DNA of 64,000 nucleotides from Podarcis muralis (Eukaryota). The position numbers were made by a program, and so were the translations under genes. Location of the stretch: NCBI RefSeq assembly GCF_964188315.1, contig NC_135656.1, positions 116,002,001 to 116,066,000 on the forward strand. The letters are read 5' to 3'. The stretch's first letter is position 1. Each line of letters starts with the position of its first letter. Below the pieces are notes generated by a model, which was given only the letters and a program-made list of their open reading frames with translations, searched no databases and had not been told where the DNA came from. Positions 60,570 through 64,000 of the stretch are shown one piece after another.

Positions 60570-60959
60570 TATTATTATTATTATTATTAATACCCCACCC
60601 ATCTGGCTGAGTTTCCCCAGCCACTCTGGGTGGCTTCCAATCAAGTGTTAAAACAATACAGCATTAAATATTAAAAACTTCCCTAAACAAGGCTGCCTTC
60701 GGATGTCTTTTAAAGATAAGATAGCTGCTTATTTACTTCACATCTGAAGGGAGGGCGTTCCACAGGGCAGGTGCCACTACCAAGAAGGCTCTTTGTCTGG
60801 TTCTCTGTAACCTCACTTCTTGCAATGAGGGAACCGCCAGAATGCCCTCAGCGCTGGATCTCAGTGTCTGGGTTGAACGATGGGGGTGGAGACCGAGGCC
60901 GTTTAGGGCTTTAAAGGTCAGCACCAACACTTTGAATTGTGCTTGGAAACGTACTGGGA
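60527..60959 (-). mobile_element. L2 3' fragment with expanded (AAT)/(ATT) tail
   Basis: FPVRFQAQFKVLVLTFKALNG...[15 protein letters not shown]. Confidence 0.8.
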
Positions 60960-63345
60960 AACGTAACTTCCGGCAGGGAGCTTTAAAAATTGTCATTGAT
61001 CCTATTGGTAAGGGGTTTGTTTTCATAATAAAAATACAGCATTTCCCCCTCCGCTACTCTGTGTGTGGAGCATTATTTTAGATGCATCCAGCAACCAGGG
61101 GTTGGGGAACATCTGGACCTCAGGTCTAATCCAGCTGCCCAGGTTTCCTTGTTTAGCCTGCCGGGTCTTTGGAGCCCCACCCAGCTGTCCTAGAGCGGAT
61201 GTCTACCATGGAACAGGTAAGAGGGTGGGTAGCTGGGAATGACCTAAAGGGGTTTTCCAAAGCTCTGTTGCCCAGCTCTGCCCCGAACCCAACTGGATGT
61301 TGAGCATTTGGGAAGAGCTGTGCAAAGGACTTTTAGCAGGTGTCAATCACCTGACAACATTATGACATTGGGTGATGGAGCGTTGAGTTTTCCCTAAGAG
61401 GCAGAAGCCAGCAATGGGGAGAAAAGTCTATAGGACTGGAAGCTTAAAAGAAATGCTGAGCTAATAGTAAGGACAGTTTAGATAAATGCTTTTATTATGC
61501 TCAATGCATGCATATAAAAATTGAAGACAGCAAGCGCCATCTTTTGAGAGACATTCCTGAAATGCCTCATATATATGAATAATCTCAGAACAAAGATTGT
61601 CTTTCCTCCCTTTACAATATTTCTTTTTCTATTCACATTTATTTGATGAATGTGATTCATTGAACAACTTTGCTTTAAACTCTTCGCTCTGCACCACCCA
61701 AGTGCCAATTTATGAGGTAACACGGCCCTTGCCAATGGTGTGTGACCAAGTGCTTTCGTTTACATGCCCCGAATCTTTCTGCGTTCAGCTTCCTTAGATC
61801 TTGTGGATAGAGAAACGAGGCAGAACACTAAGAAGCAGAAGCTTTACTTTGACATTTCCAGAGCCCAAATCACTTTAGATCAGGGTCTGCGGAACCTTTT
61901 GGCCCCCCAGATGGTGCTGGGACTCCAACTCCCATCAGCCCCTGCAGCCACCATGGCCAATGATCAAGGAGGATGGGAGCTGGAGTCCAGCAACATCTGG
62001 GGCGCCAGGGGTTTCCCGTCCCTAACTTACACTATACTGGTGGTCAGGTTAATGGAAATAAAAGCTATTAGTTTGGACTGGGGGAAAAGCAGTGTTTGTT
62101 ATGCCTGTTATACGGAAGTATCTTTAAGCCAGGGACGGGGAATCTGCAGCCCTCCAGCTGTGGCTCCTAGTTTCCATAATGCCAAACTGCAGGTTATGCT
62201 GCCTAGGGGCAGATGGGAGGGCTGTCCCATCCATGAGTCTTGCATCAGGATAGGAGGCTCAGAGGTGGGGCAGAAGATCCAGGCCCACGAGGAGTGAACC
62301 ATTCTCCTGATCTGCCACTGTTGCGGCCTACTCCGTTGTGCCCCCTCCGCCACAGCCTTTTCAGTCTCCATTTTCTTCCCTTTGTCTTGGGGCAGGGGGG
62401 GGGGGGAGGAATGGCACCATTGGAGGTGGCAGTGTCATCTGTGGGGGACACAGGGAGTCACCCTCAGCAGGTGTGTGGGGCAGGACTCGTTGAGGGTGCA
62501 GCAGCACACCTGTTTTGCCTCAGCGGCAGAATACCCCGGGCGAGCCAGCCCTGGAAGTCCAAATATCATCTGGAGGACTACCAGCCCCTCACACCCACAA
62601 GCCATACCACACTACTATACCCATAAGAGGCTAAACCAGACGTGGCGCCTGCCACAAAATGTCGTACTGTGTAGTGTGGGTATTCCCTCCCGTTTGCAGA
62701 CCTACAATCCCCTGAGTATTATAAACACTCAGTCCCTCTTGGCAGAAAACTATGGGCATGGTAGTTCTGTGAGGGGGTTCATGGAAGCTGGCAATGTCCT
62801 AAAATGACAGTTCCCAGGATGCTTTGGGGCAGCCAGTGTCAACTCTGGAAGTGTGCACTTGATTCTCACCAAACCAAGCCTCCTGGAGCACAATATACTC
62901 CCATCAAGTCCAGTTTGGTTGAACAGATCAGGGGCTGGGGATCGAGGAGACTGGGCGAGGAGCTTCCACGGGTTGTTGGGATGCCAGCTCCCATCAGCAA
63001 CACCCAGCACAGCCAATGGCCAGGGACGATGGGAGCTGTACTTCAGCAAACACCCAGAGCTGCCTGTGCTCTACCTATTGCCACCCAGGAGGAGGAGGTG
63101 GAATTTCCATGGGGGAAATTTCCAGCTCAAAATTGACACGAGAAGAATCCTGTAGGATCAGAGCAAAGGCCCATCTTCGTGAGAATCTTGTTCCTCACAA
63201 TGGCCAAGCAGATGACCCAATGAGAAGCCCCAAAGCAGGACAAAGCAACAACAGCTCCCTGAAATCATTCCCCAACCACTGGCATTCAGAGTCATGCAGT
63301 TTATCCTCTCACAAATTTGTCTTGACCTCAATTCTCCTACAAAAC

Positions 63346-63999
63346 CTACGTTGTCCCCTCTGTTGTACCAAATGCTTCGGTATGCATTTTTTCGTGTACA
63401 AGGAGTTTGGCCCTCTGAGAGAAGCTTTTCATGCAAAGCAGGCACTTGAAAGGCTTCTCTCCGGTGTGGATTCTCATGTGTGTCCTAAGGTTCCCCTTTT
63501 GGCTGAAGCTTTTCCCACACTCAGGGCACTTGAAGGGAGTCTCTCCCGTGTGGGTCCTCTCATGTATGACGAGCTTGGACTTCTGGGAGAAACTTTTGTC
63601 GCAGTGACTGCATTTGTACGGGATTTCCCCCGTGTGGCTCCGCTCGTGGGCAATGAGGCTGGCCCTCTGAGAGAAGCTTTTCCCGCAATAAAGGCACAGA
63701 GGCGGGTTCTCCCCCGTGTGGATTCTCTCGTGAGTGATAAGGTAGCGTTTCCGGTTGAAGCTCTTCCCGCAGTGCGAACACTTGTAGGGCCTCTCACCCG
63801 TGTGGGTTCTCACGTGTTCCCTGAAGAGTGAACCGCGGCTGAAGCTTTTCCCACAGTAGGAGCACTTATATGGGGCCTCCCCGGTGTGGATCCTCGTGTG
63901 TACCAGGAGGTCCCACGTCCGAGTGAAGCTATTCCCGCAGAAAGAACACTTATAGGGTTTCTCTCCAGCGGGGATTCTCTGATGGTTAAGAGTGGGCCT
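63346..63999 (-). CDS. Gene H: 3' part of a C2H2 exon (7 intact fingers), 5'-partial
   Basis: Frame open from 63999 through ORF 63346..63813; TGEKP-type linkers. Confidence 0.92.
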   Translation of the reverse strand, partial: RPTLNHQRIPAGEKPYKCSFCGNSFTRTWDLLVHTRIHTGEAPYKCSYCGKSFSRGSLFREHVRTHTGERPYKCSHCGKSFNRKRYLITHERIHTGENPPLCLYCGKSFSQRASLIAHERSHTGEIPYKCSHCDKSFSQKSKLVIHERTHTGETPFKCPECGKSFSQKGNLRTHMRIHTGEKPFKCLLCMKSFSQRAKLLVHEKMHTEAFGTTEGTT

Positions 64000-64000
64000 G

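Overview
Eukaryotic DNA, most likely a squamate (lacertid-type lizard), inferred from the Sauria SINE, Squam3-like SINE, BovB, CR1, L2 and Penelope content. The window is a tandem C2H2 zinc-finger gene cluster. Labels A-H below are mine. Seven genes lie on + and one on -: A (partial, 2-622); B, C and D (long arrays of 18-23 fingers with no SCAN/KRAB exon found); E, F and G (Gypsy-Gag-derived SCAN exon, degenerate KRAB-like exon and short ZF exon, splicing in frame to about 550-570 aa); and H (partial, minus strand, convergent with G). Six of the genes share an upstream GTTAAA...CCTAG motif. The intergenic and intronic DNA is dense in transposons. Highlights are a four-LTR nested stack, a perfect 177-bp Penelope palindrome carrying two minimal hammerhead ribozymes, a 1.7-kb non-coding L1-like element with TSD, and an L1 (itself hosting a SINE hosting BovB) that rewrote the C-terminus of gene F. 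No prokaryotic genes, CRISPR arrays, rRNA or intact tRNA genes were seen. All alignments were done by eye; no database search was run.
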